In this document: one piece after another, positions 8,071-17,176 of the stretch
Layout: the number at the start of each line of letters is the position of its first letter
How positions within the stretch are numbered: the stretch's first letter is position 1
Assembly (NCBI GenBank): GCA_964516745.1
Contig: CAZEYD010000003.1
Location: 2,607-66,606, forward strand
Reading direction: 5' to 3'
Source of the DNA: Candidatus Woesearchaeota archaeon
Lineage (GTDB): Archaea; Nanobdellota; Nanobdellia; Pacearchaeales; GW2011-AR1
Length of the DNA: 64,000 nucleotides
Position numbers and translations under genes: made by a program
Notes under the pieces: generated by a model
What the model saw: only the letters and a program-made list of their open reading frames with translations
The model's database searches: none
Told to the model about the DNA's origin: nothing

Positions 8071-10045
8071 TAAATTAAAGCTTAATAATTTTGGAATATA
8101 TTCTGGTGAACATACTTTTGATCTTAAGCCAAAGAGGGATAAAAATATAGTTTTAATTGGTGGTCAGAATGGCAATGGGAAAACAACTTTCTTTGAAGCA
8201 ATACGACTATGCCTTTATGGTGCCAAGGTTCTTGATGGAGTTTTTAAAAGAAAGGAATATGAAAAATATTTACTCGAAAAAATACACAACAACCCCTTGA
8301 AAAAAGTTTTTAATGATTCTGCCTATGTAGAACTAGAATTTCAATATTCTACGCTTGGAGAAATAGAAACATATAGAATCATTAGATCATGGAAAGAAAT
8401 AAAAAAGAATGTTGTTGAAGAATTCTTTAATATTGAAAAAAATAAAAAAACCTTAGATTTGGACCCTGATCAGTGGCAGGAATTCATTAATGGATTAATA
8501 CCTCCAGGACTATCTAAGCTATTCTTTTTTGATGGAGAAAAATTACAAAATCTTGCAGGAGATTCAAAAGATGATCATCAACTGGGAGATTCTTTTGATT
8601 CTTTGATGGGAATTGATCTAGCTGAGAAACTTATAGCTGATTTAAAAATATATTCTTCCAAAAACCTAAAGACTCTTTCTAATGAAGATAATTCAAAATT
8701 AAAGGAATTAGAAGATCAAAAAGAAAATTTTTTAAGGTCTATTGAGGTTCTTATTTATTCAAAAGCAGAAGTAAAGACTAAAATAGATTCCATAAACTTG
8801 TCTATTGAGAAAGTTGATGAAAAGATTAGTCTTGAGGGTGGATCTTTTGCGGTCAAAAGAGACATGTTGGAGGAAGAGAAGAAAAAATTAGAATTAAAAT
8901 CAGTTGAAGCAGAAGAACAAATGAGAGAATTGTGTTTAGGAAGACTTCCTTTTATGTTTTCTTCAGATATTAACAAGAGTCTTAAAAAAAGTTTAACCAA
9001 AGAAAGAGAATCAAGAAAAAAAGTAATCTTCAATGATACATTAAATGAAAAATTCAGTTTAATGAGAGAGGGCCTAGCTAATAATAAAAAGGTAAGTGAT
9101 AAATTCTCTAAAAAAGAAGATCTTGATGAACTTCTGGGTTTAATTGAAAGTGAATTGAAAGTGAATTCAAAAAGTATTGATAAAAAACAGGTCCATAGTA
9201 TTTCTGATGAAGAAGTTCAGAAAATATCATTTCTATTTGATATTGTGGAATCAGAAGATAAAGAAAAATTTCTTAAATTATCTAAGGAGTATGAAATATT
9301 CTCCAAGAAAATTCACATTCTTGAAAGACAAATAACCTTTGCTCCTGAAGAATCTACAATAAAGCCATATCTGGATCATATTAACGATTTAAATAGAAAG
9401 CTTGGATATTATGAATCTCAAATCAAACATCTTGATGAGGAAAAAATAAAAAAAATGTTTGATGTAGAAAAAATAAAAAGAGAAATAAAAAAATTGGAAG
9501 AAAAAGCTAAATTCAAGAAAGGATTAAAAAATAAAGCCATGATTGTAGAAAAAGTTCAAAAAGTTTTGGGTAAATATAACAATGAATTTAAAAAATTAAA
9601 AATAGAAGAATTTACTGAAGAATTTATTAAATCATTTAACTTTTTGATGAGAAAGAAGGACTTGTGTAATAAGATTGAAGTTAATCCTTTAACCTATGAA
9701 GTTACGCTCTATAATTCTAAAAATCAAAAGATTCCCAAAAGGATGTTGTCTGCAGGTGAAAAACAAATATATGCATTGTCAGTATTATGGACTCTAACAA
9801 AGATATCAAAAAGATCTCTCCCCTTTATAATAGATACACCCATGGGAAGATTAGACAAAGAACATAGAGACTCCTTTGTCCTAAATTTTCTTCCCAAGGC
9901 CGGTCAGCAATTAATTATATTATCCACAAATTCTGAAATAGACTTAGAATATGCGAAACAATTAAAACCATTTTTATCGAAAAAAATAATTTTAAAATAT
10001 AACGATGGAGAAACTAAACCAGAGGAAGGGTATTTTAAAAAATAA
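8060..10045 (+). CDS. dndD: DndD, SMC/ABC-like ATPase
   Basis: It has Walker A GGQNGNGKTT, a long Lys/Glu-rich coiled-coil middle, the ABC signature LSAGEKQ and Walker B PFIIDTP. It overlaps dndC by 11 nt. Confidence 0.8.
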   Translation: MIINKLKLNNFGIYSGEHTFDLKPKRDKNIVLIGGQNGNGKTTFFEAIRLCLYGAKVLDGVFKRKEYEKYLLEKIHNNPLKKVFNDSAYVELEFQYSTLGEIETYRIIRSWKEIKKNVVEEFFNIEKNKKTLDLDPDQWQEFINGLIPPGLSKLFFFDGEKLQNLAGDSKDDHQLGDSFDSLMGIDLAEKLIADLKIYSSKNLKTLSNEDNSKLKELEDQKENFLRSIEVLIYSKAEVKTKIDSINLSIEKVDEKISLEGGSFAVKRDMLEEEKKKLELKSVEAEEQMRELCLGRLPFMFSSDINKSLKKSLTKERESRKKVIFNDTLNEKFSLMREGLANNKKVSDKFSKKEDLDELLGLIESELKVNSKSIDKKQVHSISDEEVQKISFLFDIVESEDKEKFLKLSKEYEIFSKKIHILERQITFAPEESTIKPYLDHINDLNRKLGYYESQIKHLDEEKIKKMFDVEKIKREIKKLEEKAKFKKGLKNKAMIVEKVQKVLGKYNNEFKKLKIEEFTEEFIKSFNFLMRKKDLCNKIEVNPLTYEVTLYNSKNQKIPKRMLSAGEKQIYALSVLWTLTKISKRSLPFIIDTPMGRLDKEHRDSFVLNFLPKAGQQLIILSTNSEIDLEYAKQLKPFLSKKIILKYNDGETKPEEGYFKK

Positions 10046-10047
10046 AT

Positions 10048-10410
10048 ATGGCAAACTTTACAAGAATAAAAATAGGTAACGATGCGACATTAAAACTGCA
10101 AACTCTTAAGGGAAGAACTGGATTGACTCCTAATATTTTGTGCAGAATTGCTATTTGTTATTCATTGAATAAAACAAAAATAACAAATCTTATCCCGGTT
10201 GACGAGTTGGGACAAGAATTCAATAGACACACCCTTATGGGAGAATATGATTCATTAATTGTTGCTTTAATAAGAGAAAAATGTATTCTTGACGGACTAG
10301 ATCCTGAAAAAGATTTTATGATGATCTTTAAATCCCATCTAAATAACGGCATTGTAGCGATATATGCAAGAATAAAAAACATATCGGATCTTGCAAATTT
10401 ATTAGAATGA
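10048..10410 (+). CDS. dndE: DndE-like small protein
   Basis: This 120-aa ORF lies directly after dndD (2-nt gap) and overlaps the cysteine desulfurase by ATGA. The call rests mainly on size and conserved operon position, not on a motif I can recite. Confidence 0.55.
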   Translation: MANFTRIKIGNDATLKLQTLKGRTGLTPNILCRIAICYSLNKTKITNLIPVDELGQEFNRHTLMGEYDSLIVALIREKCILDGLDPEKDFMMIFKSHLNNGIVAIYARIKNISDLANLLE

Positions 10411-11555
10411 AAACACCTATATATCTAGATAGTCATGCGACTACAAAAATAGATGAAAGAGTATTATCTGAAATGATGATCTATTTTAGAAAAGATTATG
10501 CAAACCCATCTAGCATAGACCACATCCAAGGGAATCAAGTTTCGGAAAAAGTCGAAGAATCTAGAAGTGAAATCGCCGAATGTATTAATGCCTATGAAGA
10601 TGAAATAATTTTTACAAGTGGAGCAACAGAATCTAATAATTTATCTATTCTTGGTGTGGCAAAATCTCTAAAGAGTAAAGGGAATCATATAATAACTACA
10701 AAAATGGAACATAAAGCCATTTTGAACACATGTTCAAAATTGGAAGAGGAGGATTTTGATGTGACTTATCTTGAAGTAAATAAGAATGGTCAAATAAGTC
10801 TTCAAAAATTAAAAGATGCTATTAACAAAAGGACTATCCTTGTTTCGGTAATGGCCGCCAACAATGAAATTGGATCTATACTACCAATAGAAAAAATTGG
10901 GGAAATATTAAAAGACAAAGATATACTTTTCCATACTGATGCTACACAAATAATAGCCTATAAGAAGATTGATGTAAAAAAAATGAATATTGATCTGATG
11001 TCTATTTCTGGTCACAAAATTTATGGACCCAAGGGGATCGGAGCGCTTTATGTAAAAAGAGGAATAAAATTAACTCCAATAATGTATGGAGGAGGACAAG
11101 AAAGGGGTATAAGACCAGGGACTTTAAATGTCCCAGGAATAATTGGATTATCAAAGGCCATGAGGTTAGTTAATGAAGAAAGAATAGAAAATTCAGAAAA
11201 AATACTGAGACTAAGAAATCTATTTATAGATATTTTATCAAAGAATATTGAATTTCAGCTTAATGGATCTTTAGATCAAAGGTTACCAAATAATATTAGT
11301 ATATTTATACCAGGCATTGACGCAAAGGCCTTAATTACCAAAGTAAAGGATTATGTCTCTATATCTGCTGGTTCCGCCTGTAATACTGATAGGGTTAATC
11401 CTTCTCACGTAATGATTGGTATGGGCCATGATAAAGAAAGAGCATTTTCTACAATAAGAATAGGAATAAGTAAACATAATACTGAAGAAGAAATATTATT
11501 TGCTGCAGAAAAAATATCACAAGGTATAAATAAAATGTTAAACTTTTTTAATTGA
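10407..11555 (+). CDS. dndA: Cysteine desulfurase (DndA/IscS/NifS family, class V aminotransferase)
   Basis: It has the PLP-lysine motif SGHKIYGPKGIG, the catalytic Cys loop SAGSAC and the N-terminal IYLDSHATT pattern. It is the last gene of the dnd operon. Confidence 0.85.
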   Translation: MKTPIYLDSHATTKIDERVLSEMMIYFRKDYANPSSIDHIQGNQVSEKVEESRSEIAECINAYEDEIIFTSGATESNNLSILGVAKSLKSKGNHIITTKMEHKAILNTCSKLEEEDFDVTYLEVNKNGQISLQKLKDAINKRTILVSVMAANNEIGSILPIEKIGEILKDKDILFHTDATQIIAYKKIDVKKMNIDLMSISGHKIYGPKGIGALYVKRGIKLTPIMYGGGQERGIRPGTLNVPGIIGLSKAMRLVNEERIENSEKILRLRNLFIDILSKNIEFQLNGSLDQRLPNNISIFIPGIDAKALITKVKDYVSISAGSACNTDRVNPSHVMIGMGHDKERAFSTIRIGISKHNTEEEILFAAEKISQGINKMLNFFN

Positions 11556-11703
11556 TTATACATAATTATTCCAGCCGAGGTTAACGGGAAGAAACCTAAA
11601 TCTTTTTTCACAGCAATCTTCCCCGCATCAAACATTATTTTCATAATTCTTCTATCTATAACATTTTTGTCTATTGGAAAAATTGAATAAATATTGTAAT
11701 AAA

Positions 11704-12870
11704 TTATCTCTTAAATCTCTTTTTTGTTTCCTTGTGAACTTTCTCAAAGTCTTGTGGTGTTATTTCTTTAATCTTAAAATGTTTCTTTATTAGTATTTCC
11801 CAAGCTTCTAACATCTCGACTTGTTCATTTGCTCTTTCTACTATTTCTATATTTGATTTTATTATTTCTCTATTTGATTTTTCTAATTGTTCTATTCTCT
11901 TTTCATAATCTATTTTCTTTTGTGGTGGTATATCTTCAAACTTGTATATAGTCTTCCCAACTGCTTCCTTTACATCTTTATTACTCATGTGAGTATAAAC
12001 ATCACCCATCGATTTACTATGTCCTAAGAACTTCTGTGCAATTTTGTCTGGTATACTAGCATTTGTATAAAGTTCTGTAGCCCTAGAATGTCTTAAAATA
12101 TAAGGATAGATTCTTCTTCCTAGAACATCTTGAGAAATTCGTCCTAACCATTGTGATGCTGTATCTTTTCTTAGTGGTTTTGAAGGATCTGATTTGGCAG
12201 GAAAAACCAAAGGATTAGAAAAATCTTCTCTTTGTTCTTTTAACTTCTGAAGATAAAATGTTGCTTCACTAACATAAACACTTCTTGCCTTATGTGTTTT
12301 AGTAGCATAAATGTTTAACTCGCTTATATCTCCCTCAACATTCAACTTTACTTTATTCCAAGTAAGAGTTCTTAGTTCTGCAGGTCTTAACCCAGATTCA
12401 TATAATGTAATAAAAAATGTTTTCCAATATGTTCTTTGTTCAGCTTTCATAATTTTTTCTATATCATCTTTTGAAACTAATGTATCAGAGTTAATTTTCT
12501 CTTCATTAATCTTCATGTGAAGTTTAATATCTTCTAAATTCTGGAATCTATCTGACCAATCTTTAAACTTCCATCTAAGAAATCGTTTTATTGATGCTTT
12601 ATACTCATTTTGTGTTGAATTAGTATTATCACTTGATTTTAACAAAGAAAGGTAATCTCTTAGGTCCTGTAATGATACTTTATCTAAATCCTTGTTTATG
12701 ATATATCTGAATACTGTTATAGTTCTTTTATTGTTCTCTAACCGTTTTGCAGAACTAGAAGTGATTGATACATATTTAACAAATTTATTAACAACATCTT
12801 GGTCCTTTTTTGATAACTTTGAAAAAATCTTCTGAACTTCGCCTTTCTTAAACTTAGGATATTCCTTCAT
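11704..12870 (-). CDS. Tyrosine recombinase / phage-type integrase (XerC/D-like)
   Basis: Catalytic residues appear in order: GLRPAELRTL (Arg), LRHSRAT (HxxR), LGHSKSMGDVYTH (His...Tyr). The N-terminal region resembles a SAM-like core-binding domain. Confidence 0.8.
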   Translation of the reverse strand: MKEYPKFKKGEVQKIFSKLSKKDQDVVNKFVKYVSITSSSAKRLENNKRTITVFRYIINKDLDKVSLQDLRDYLSLLKSSDNTNSTQNEYKASIKRFLRWKFKDWSDRFQNLEDIKLHMKINEEKINSDTLVSKDDIEKIMKAEQRTYWKTFFITLYESGLRPAELRTLTWNKVKLNVEGDISELNIYATKTHKARSVYVSEATFYLQKLKEQREDFSNPLVFPAKSDPSKPLRKDTASQWLGRISQDVLGRRIYPYILRHSRATELYTNASIPDKIAQKFLGHSKSMGDVYTHMSNKDVKEAVGKTIYKFEDIPPQKKIDYEKRIEQLEKSNREIIKSNIEIVERANEQVEMLEAWEILIKKHFKIKEITPQDFEKVHKETKKRFKR

Positions 12871-13061
12871 TCTAGTATAAAAACTATAACACTTATAAAT
12901 GTTGACAAAATGTAAAGAACTATACTATTGAGGCATTGCTTGACTAAATTCTTCTCCCTATTATCTAATCAAGATAATTAACTTATCCCTTTTTCCTTTT
13001 TAAAAGTTGTGATTATGACTTCCATCATCATCTTTTTAAAACTAAACCACTTATCTTTTTT

Positions 13062-15446
13062 ATGGATTTGAAAGAAATAAAAAATTGGAATGTTGAAATT
13101 GAGAAGAAGATTACTGCTAGGTGGAAAGATGCTGAGATGTTTGTGTTTGATATTGATACTAAAAAAAAGATTTATTCTATTGATACGCCGCCGCCGTATA
13201 TTAATTCGCCGATTCATATTGGGCATGCGATTACTTATTCTTTTATGGATATGTTTGCTCGTTATAAAAGGATGAAAGGTTTTGAAGTTTTGTTCCCTTT
13301 GGGTTTGGATAATAATGGTTTGCCGATTGAGATAGGTGCTGAGAAAAAATTTAAAATCTCTGCATTTAATGTCTCTCGAGAAAAATTCTTGGATTATTGT
13401 AAGCAGTTACTTGAAGAATGTGGTATTGAATCAACTGAAACTTTTGCTCAACTTGGTATTAGTTTTTCTTCTTACAAAGAGGGGAACCATATTGGCTCGA
13501 TTTACAAGACTGATGATCCTAAATATCGTGCTATGACTCAAAATACTTTTATTGATTTATACAAAAAAGGGTTGGCTTATGAGGATGCTAGAGTTAATAA
13601 TTGGGACCCTAAATTAAGGACGACGATTGCTGATTCTGAGATTGAGTATAAGGAAATTGCGTCGACGTTTAATGATATTGAGTGGACGATCAAAGATTCA
13701 GATGAAAAAATTGTTATTGCAACAACTAGGCCTGAATTAATTTGTTCTTGTGGTATGATTATTTATCATTCTGATGATGAGAGGTATAAACATTTGGAAG
13801 GAAAAATTGCGATTACTCCAATTTTTGGTAAAGAGATCATGATTAAGGCACATCCTTTGGCTGATATTGAGAAGGGAACTGGTATTGTTATGATGTGTTC
13901 TGCTGGTGATTTATCTGATGTTCAATTTTTTAGAGAGCAAGGAATTAAGCCTATTATTTCTATTGAGATGGATGGAACTATGAATTCTAATGCTGGAAAA
14001 TATAAGAGTTTGAAGGTAAAAGAAGCTAGGGCTAAAATTATTGAGGATTTACAAGAAGCCGGTTTGTTAATTAAGCAAGAGAAAATTACACATAGAACTC
14101 CTATTTCTGAAAGAAGTGGTGCCGAAATTGAATTTATTGAGATGCCTGAATTTTATTTAAAACAGTTAGAAAACAAAGAAAAGGTTAGAGAGATTGCTGA
14201 AAAAGATATTAACTTTTATCCTGAACATTCTAGAAAAAATTTAAATTCTTGGATTGATTCTATCTCTATTGATTGGCCTATTTCTAGGAGAAGATTTTAT
14301 GCGACAGAGATTCCTTTATGGTATGCTAAAAATGATAAGAAACAATTAGTTGCTTTACCCAATAAGTTAAAATATTACCAACCGTGGAAAAAAGATGTCC
14401 CTCAAGAAGCTGAAGTTTGGTGTGATGGAAAAAATACTGGAAAGATTGTTTCAGATTATAATTTAGAATGGGTCGGTGAAGTGAGAGTTTTTGATACTTG
14501 GATGGATTCTTCTATTTCGGAGTTGATTATGCTACAATATAAGATAAATGATGAGTTTTTTAATCGAGCATATCCTGCGAGTTTGAGGCCTCAGGGCAAG
14601 GACATTGTTAGAACTTGGTTGTATTATAGTTTACTTCGTGGATATCTGGAAAAAGGAAATGCGTGTTTCGATGATGTTTGGATTCATCAACATATTTTAG
14701 ATAGTAAGGGCAATAAGATGAGTAAATCTAAGGGGAATGGTATTGATCCTAAGGAATTGATTGCTGAGTATAGTGCTGAGGCTGTTAGATTTTGGGCTGC
14801 TGTTGAGGGTGATTTGAGTAAGAGTGATTTTAAATGCTCTAGAGATAGAATTTCTGGTGAGAAGAAGTCGTTGAATAAATTGTTGAATGTTTCTAAATTT
14901 GTTATGATGTTTGAGAAGCCGGAAAAAGTTCCTAATTTGATGAATGTTGATAAATTGTTTATTGATTATGTTAATGATATGACTGTTAGAATTGATGCTC
15001 AGTATGAAAAATATGATTTTAATCATCCTGCTCAAGAGTTGAGATTTTTCTTGTGGGACGTTTTTGCTTCTAATTATTTGGAATTGGTTAAGAATAGAGC
15101 TTATAATGAGGAAAAGAATTTTAATGATGATGAAAGTGCATCGGCTCGTTATACTTTGCATTATATTTTAGAGAAATTGCTTACATTATTCTATCCTATT
15201 ATTCCACAGGTTACAACGACGATTGCTGAGAATAAGGGTATTGATTTGTTAAGAGCTGAGTGGCCTAATAGCGAAAAAGGTAGTAGTGATTTAGCATTGG
15301 TTGGGAGAATTATGGAATTTAATTCTGATGTTTGGAAAAATAAAAAAAATGCTGGGGTTTCGTTGAGAGACGGGATTGATGGTGTTAAAATCCCCGATGA
15401 GTTAAAGTTTGTTGAGAAAGATTTGAAAGTTTGTCATAAGATTTAG
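13062..15446 (+). CDS. valS: Valyl-tRNA synthetase (class Ia aaRS)
   Basis: It has the HIGH motif PIHIGHAITY, the KMSKS motif NKMSKSKGN, an editing-domain insert and DTWMDSS. The length (794 aa) fits archaeal ValRS better than IleRS or LeuRS. Confidence 0.75.
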   Translation: MDLKEIKNWNVEIEKKITARWKDAEMFVFDIDTKKKIYSIDTPPPYINSPIHIGHAITYSFMDMFARYKRMKGFEVLFPLGLDNNGLPIEIGAEKKFKISAFNVSREKFLDYCKQLLEECGIESTETFAQLGISFSSYKEGNHIGSIYKTDDPKYRAMTQNTFIDLYKKGLAYEDARVNNWDPKLRTTIADSEIEYKEIASTFNDIEWTIKDSDEKIVIATTRPELICSCGMIIYHSDDERYKHLEGKIAITPIFGKEIMIKAHPLADIEKGTGIVMMCSAGDLSDVQFFREQGIKPIISIEMDGTMNSNAGKYKSLKVKEARAKIIEDLQEAGLLIKQEKITHRTPISERSGAEIEFIEMPEFYLKQLENKEKVREIAEKDINFYPEHSRKNLNSWIDSISIDWPISRRRFYATEIPLWYAKNDKKQLVALPNKLKYYQPWKKDVPQEAEVWCDGKNTGKIVSDYNLEWVGEVRVFDTWMDSSISELIMLQYKINDEFFNRAYPASLRPQGKDIVRTWLYYSLLRGYLEKGNACFDDVWIHQHILDSKGNKMSKSKGNGIDPKELIAEYSAEAVRFWAAVEGDLSKSDFKCSRDRISGEKKSLNKLLNVSKFVMMFEKPEKVPNLMNVDKLFIDYVNDMTVRIDAQYEKYDFNHPAQELRFFLWDVFASNYLELVKNRAYNEEKNFNDDESASARYTLHYILEKLLTLFYPIIPQVTTTIAENKGIDLLRAEWPNSEKGSSDLALVGRIMEFNSDVWKNKKNAGVSLRDGIDGVKIPDELKFVEKDLKVCHKI

Positions 15447-15832
15447 ATTTGATTTTCTAGGGGAAGATATTTTGCTATTGTTTTTTCCAATTGTGGATAA
15501 GTCCAAATTCTGTTAAATTCACTTCGTTCCATTTGTTTAAATTCAGGATGAGTTCCTGCCATTTTTTTTCTTGAATCTATTACTTCTAAAGCTATCATTT
15601 TCTTACCTTTTGCATTATATTTTTCTATTAAGATTGGAATATGTTTGTTTCTAGCTGTAATTATAATATCGGCCCATTTTACATCTTCAAATTTTACTTC
15701 ATTTACAGGTTTAGGATCCCATTTACAGGGCCCGACGCCACCATATCTTGTTTCATAGCCTAACTGTTCTAAATAATCAGCTAGGTATTTACTTCTATTC
15801 TGCCCCATCGTGCAAACACAAAGAACTTTCAT
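15443..15832 (-). CDS. Low-molecular-weight phosphatase-like protein (CX5R-S motif)
   Basis: MKVLCVCTMGQNRSKY contains C-X5-R-S as in LMW-PTP/ArsC-type phosphatases. I chose the internal ATG at 15832, which forms an ATGA overlap with the Nudix gene stop, instead of the track start at 15886. Confidence 0.5.
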   Translation of the reverse strand: MKVLCVCTMGQNRSKYLADYLEQLGYETRYGGVGPCKWDPKPVNEVKFEDVKWADIIITARNKHIPILIEKYNAKGKKMIALEVIDSRKKMAGTHPEFKQMERSEFNRIWTYPQLEKTIAKYLPLENQI

Positions 15833-16320
15833 TCGTTTAAAGCCTCTATTGCTTTTTTTAATTGATGTAATCCATTTTCTTCCCATTTTGTATGTTCTAT
15901 GAATTTATCTGAATGAACAAATTTTCGACCTGGTATAATTCCTTCTGCGGGATCAATTGTTTGTTCTTTGATTTTATGAATTCTTGCTACGTATCTTAAT
16001 TGGTGATCTCGTTTATCTTCGTTGTCGCCTCGTTTTAATGATGTAATATAACCTAATCGTTTTATATTTTTTAATTCTAAATCGGCCTCTTCGTCAACTT
16101 CTCTAATTAGACAAGCCTCGAAATTTTCGTCATATTCTTCTAAGTGTCCTCCTGGCAATGTCCAATTTGTTTTATCAGGAAAGCTTACTAGACAGACATT
16201 ATCTTCGTCATCAAAAATAAATCCTAAAATACTTGTCACACCATTTAATTTTTCAAAATCAATATCATCAAACCATTCACAATCATAAATATTATCCTCC
16301 CAAAGAATCTCAAATTTCAT
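15829..16320 (-). CDS. Nudix hydrolase
   Basis: It has a Nudix box, GGHLEEYDENFEACLIREVDEEADL (G-x5-E-x7-REvxEE). Confidence 0.8.
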   Translation of the reverse strand: MKFEILWEDNIYDCEWFDDIDFEKLNGVTSILGFIFDDEDNVCLVSFPDKTNWTLPGGHLEEYDENFEACLIREVDEEADLELKNIKRLGYITSLKRGDNEDKRDHQLRYVARIHKIKEQTIDPAEGIIPGRKFVHSDKFIEHTKWEENGLHQLKKAIEALNE

Positions 16321-16391
16321 ATTTTTAGTAAAAAACTTGACTTTTTATATTTTTGCAAAACACATAAAAAGCTTTCTGTCTTTAGTTGTTT

Positions 16392-16919
16392 ATGAAAAAA
16401 GATGATGTTAAAATGAAAAAGAGAGGTGTTCAATCAAATAAAGCGAAAAATGTGATTTTGACAATTTCTATTGCTTTGGTTGTTGTGTTCTTTGTTGCTT
16501 ATGCTATTCAGGCTATTTATCCTGCTCCTGAGTATTCTGATTTTTGTGATGACAAACCATCTCTTGTTTTTATTAATGAATCTGGTGTGTGTGAAGCTGG
16601 CGGTGGTCGTTGGAATGGTAATGAGAAAGGCGGTTTTTGTGAGAACAACTATGAATGTAATGAAGAGTATAATTCTGTAAGAGATATTTATGAGAGAAAT
16701 GTTTTTTTTATTAATTTAAGTTTAGGTCTTGTTATTATTGTTCTATCGCTTTTGTTAATAGTTGAATCTGTCTCTACTGGCTTAATGGGTGGTGGAACGA
16801 TTTTGTTGATTTATGGAACGATTCGATATTGGAATGATTTGAATAATGTTTTGAAGACGTTGATGTTGGGTGCTGTATTGGGTGTGTTGATTTGGTTGGG
16901 ATATAAGAAGTTGAAGTGA
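16392..16919 (+). CDS. Membrane protein with Cys-rich extracytoplasmic loop, function unknown
   Basis: It has an N-terminal TM, a Cys-rich segment (CDD...CEAGGGRWNG...CENNYEC) and two C-terminal TM segments. The track start at 16386 is TTG, so the ATG at 16392 is used. Confidence 0.4.
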   Translation: MKKDDVKMKKRGVQSNKAKNVILTISIALVVVFFVAYAIQAIYPAPEYSDFCDDKPSLVFINESGVCEAGGGRWNGNEKGGFCENNYECNEEYNSVRDIYERNVFFINLSLGLVIIVLSLLLIVESVSTGLMGGGTILLIYGTIRYWNDLNNVLKTLMLGAVLGVLIWLGYKKLK

Positions 16920-16933
16920 GGATGAAATGATAA

Positions 16934-17176
16934 TTAGATTAAGGAAGAAATAATCCATAAAATGATGACGATAATCATTATTACGATAGTCGCAATCACT
17001 CCAATCTTTTTTCGTAATGGGACTTCACCTTGGGATGTTAGTATATAAGAGTCTATTTGTTTTCCACCTTGTATACCTGCTACCCAAATCTTTTTTCTTT
17101 TAGGGTCAAGTAAATCGATTTTTTTAGACATATTATGTATGACAGTTTTAACTTTATATGTTTTCTCACAATACAA
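16934..17176 (-). CDS. Small membrane-anchored protein, unknown function
   Basis: This 80-aa ORF has a C-terminal TM (VIATIVIMIIVIILWIISSLI) and overlaps the uppP 3' end by 11 nt in the same orientation. Confidence 0.3.
   Translation of the reverse strand: MYCEKTYKVKTVIHNMSKKIDLLDPKRKKIWVAGIQGGKQIDSYILTSQGEVPLRKKIGVIATIVIMIIVIILWIISSLI

Larger units (their letters stand above)
195..12870. mobile_element. Integrase-associated defence island (dnd modification operon plus divergent ATPase/helicase/nuclease operon); left boundary unresolved
   Basis: Ten consecutive defence/recombination genes end in a tyrosine recombinase (11704-12870) that directly abuts housekeeping valS. No flanking direct repeats or tRNA target were found by eye. 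Confidence 0.4.

Noticed and set aside
11405-11644. Minus-strand 79-aa ORF overlapping the 3' end of the cysteine desulfurase gene.
   Set aside because: It is mostly antisense to a strongly supported gene. It has no motif, and its composition is typical of antisense AT-rich frames.
12978-13536. ORFs 12978-13226 (-), 13090-13275 (+) and 13336-13536 (+) around the valS start.
   Set aside because: They overlap valS in other frames. The Arg/Ile/Leu-rich translations are typical frame-shift artefacts of AT-rich coding sequence.
14697-15161. 154-aa antisense ORF within valS.
   Set aside because: It is antisense to a conserved aaRS gene. It is low-complexity and Ile/Asn/Ser-rich, with no motif.
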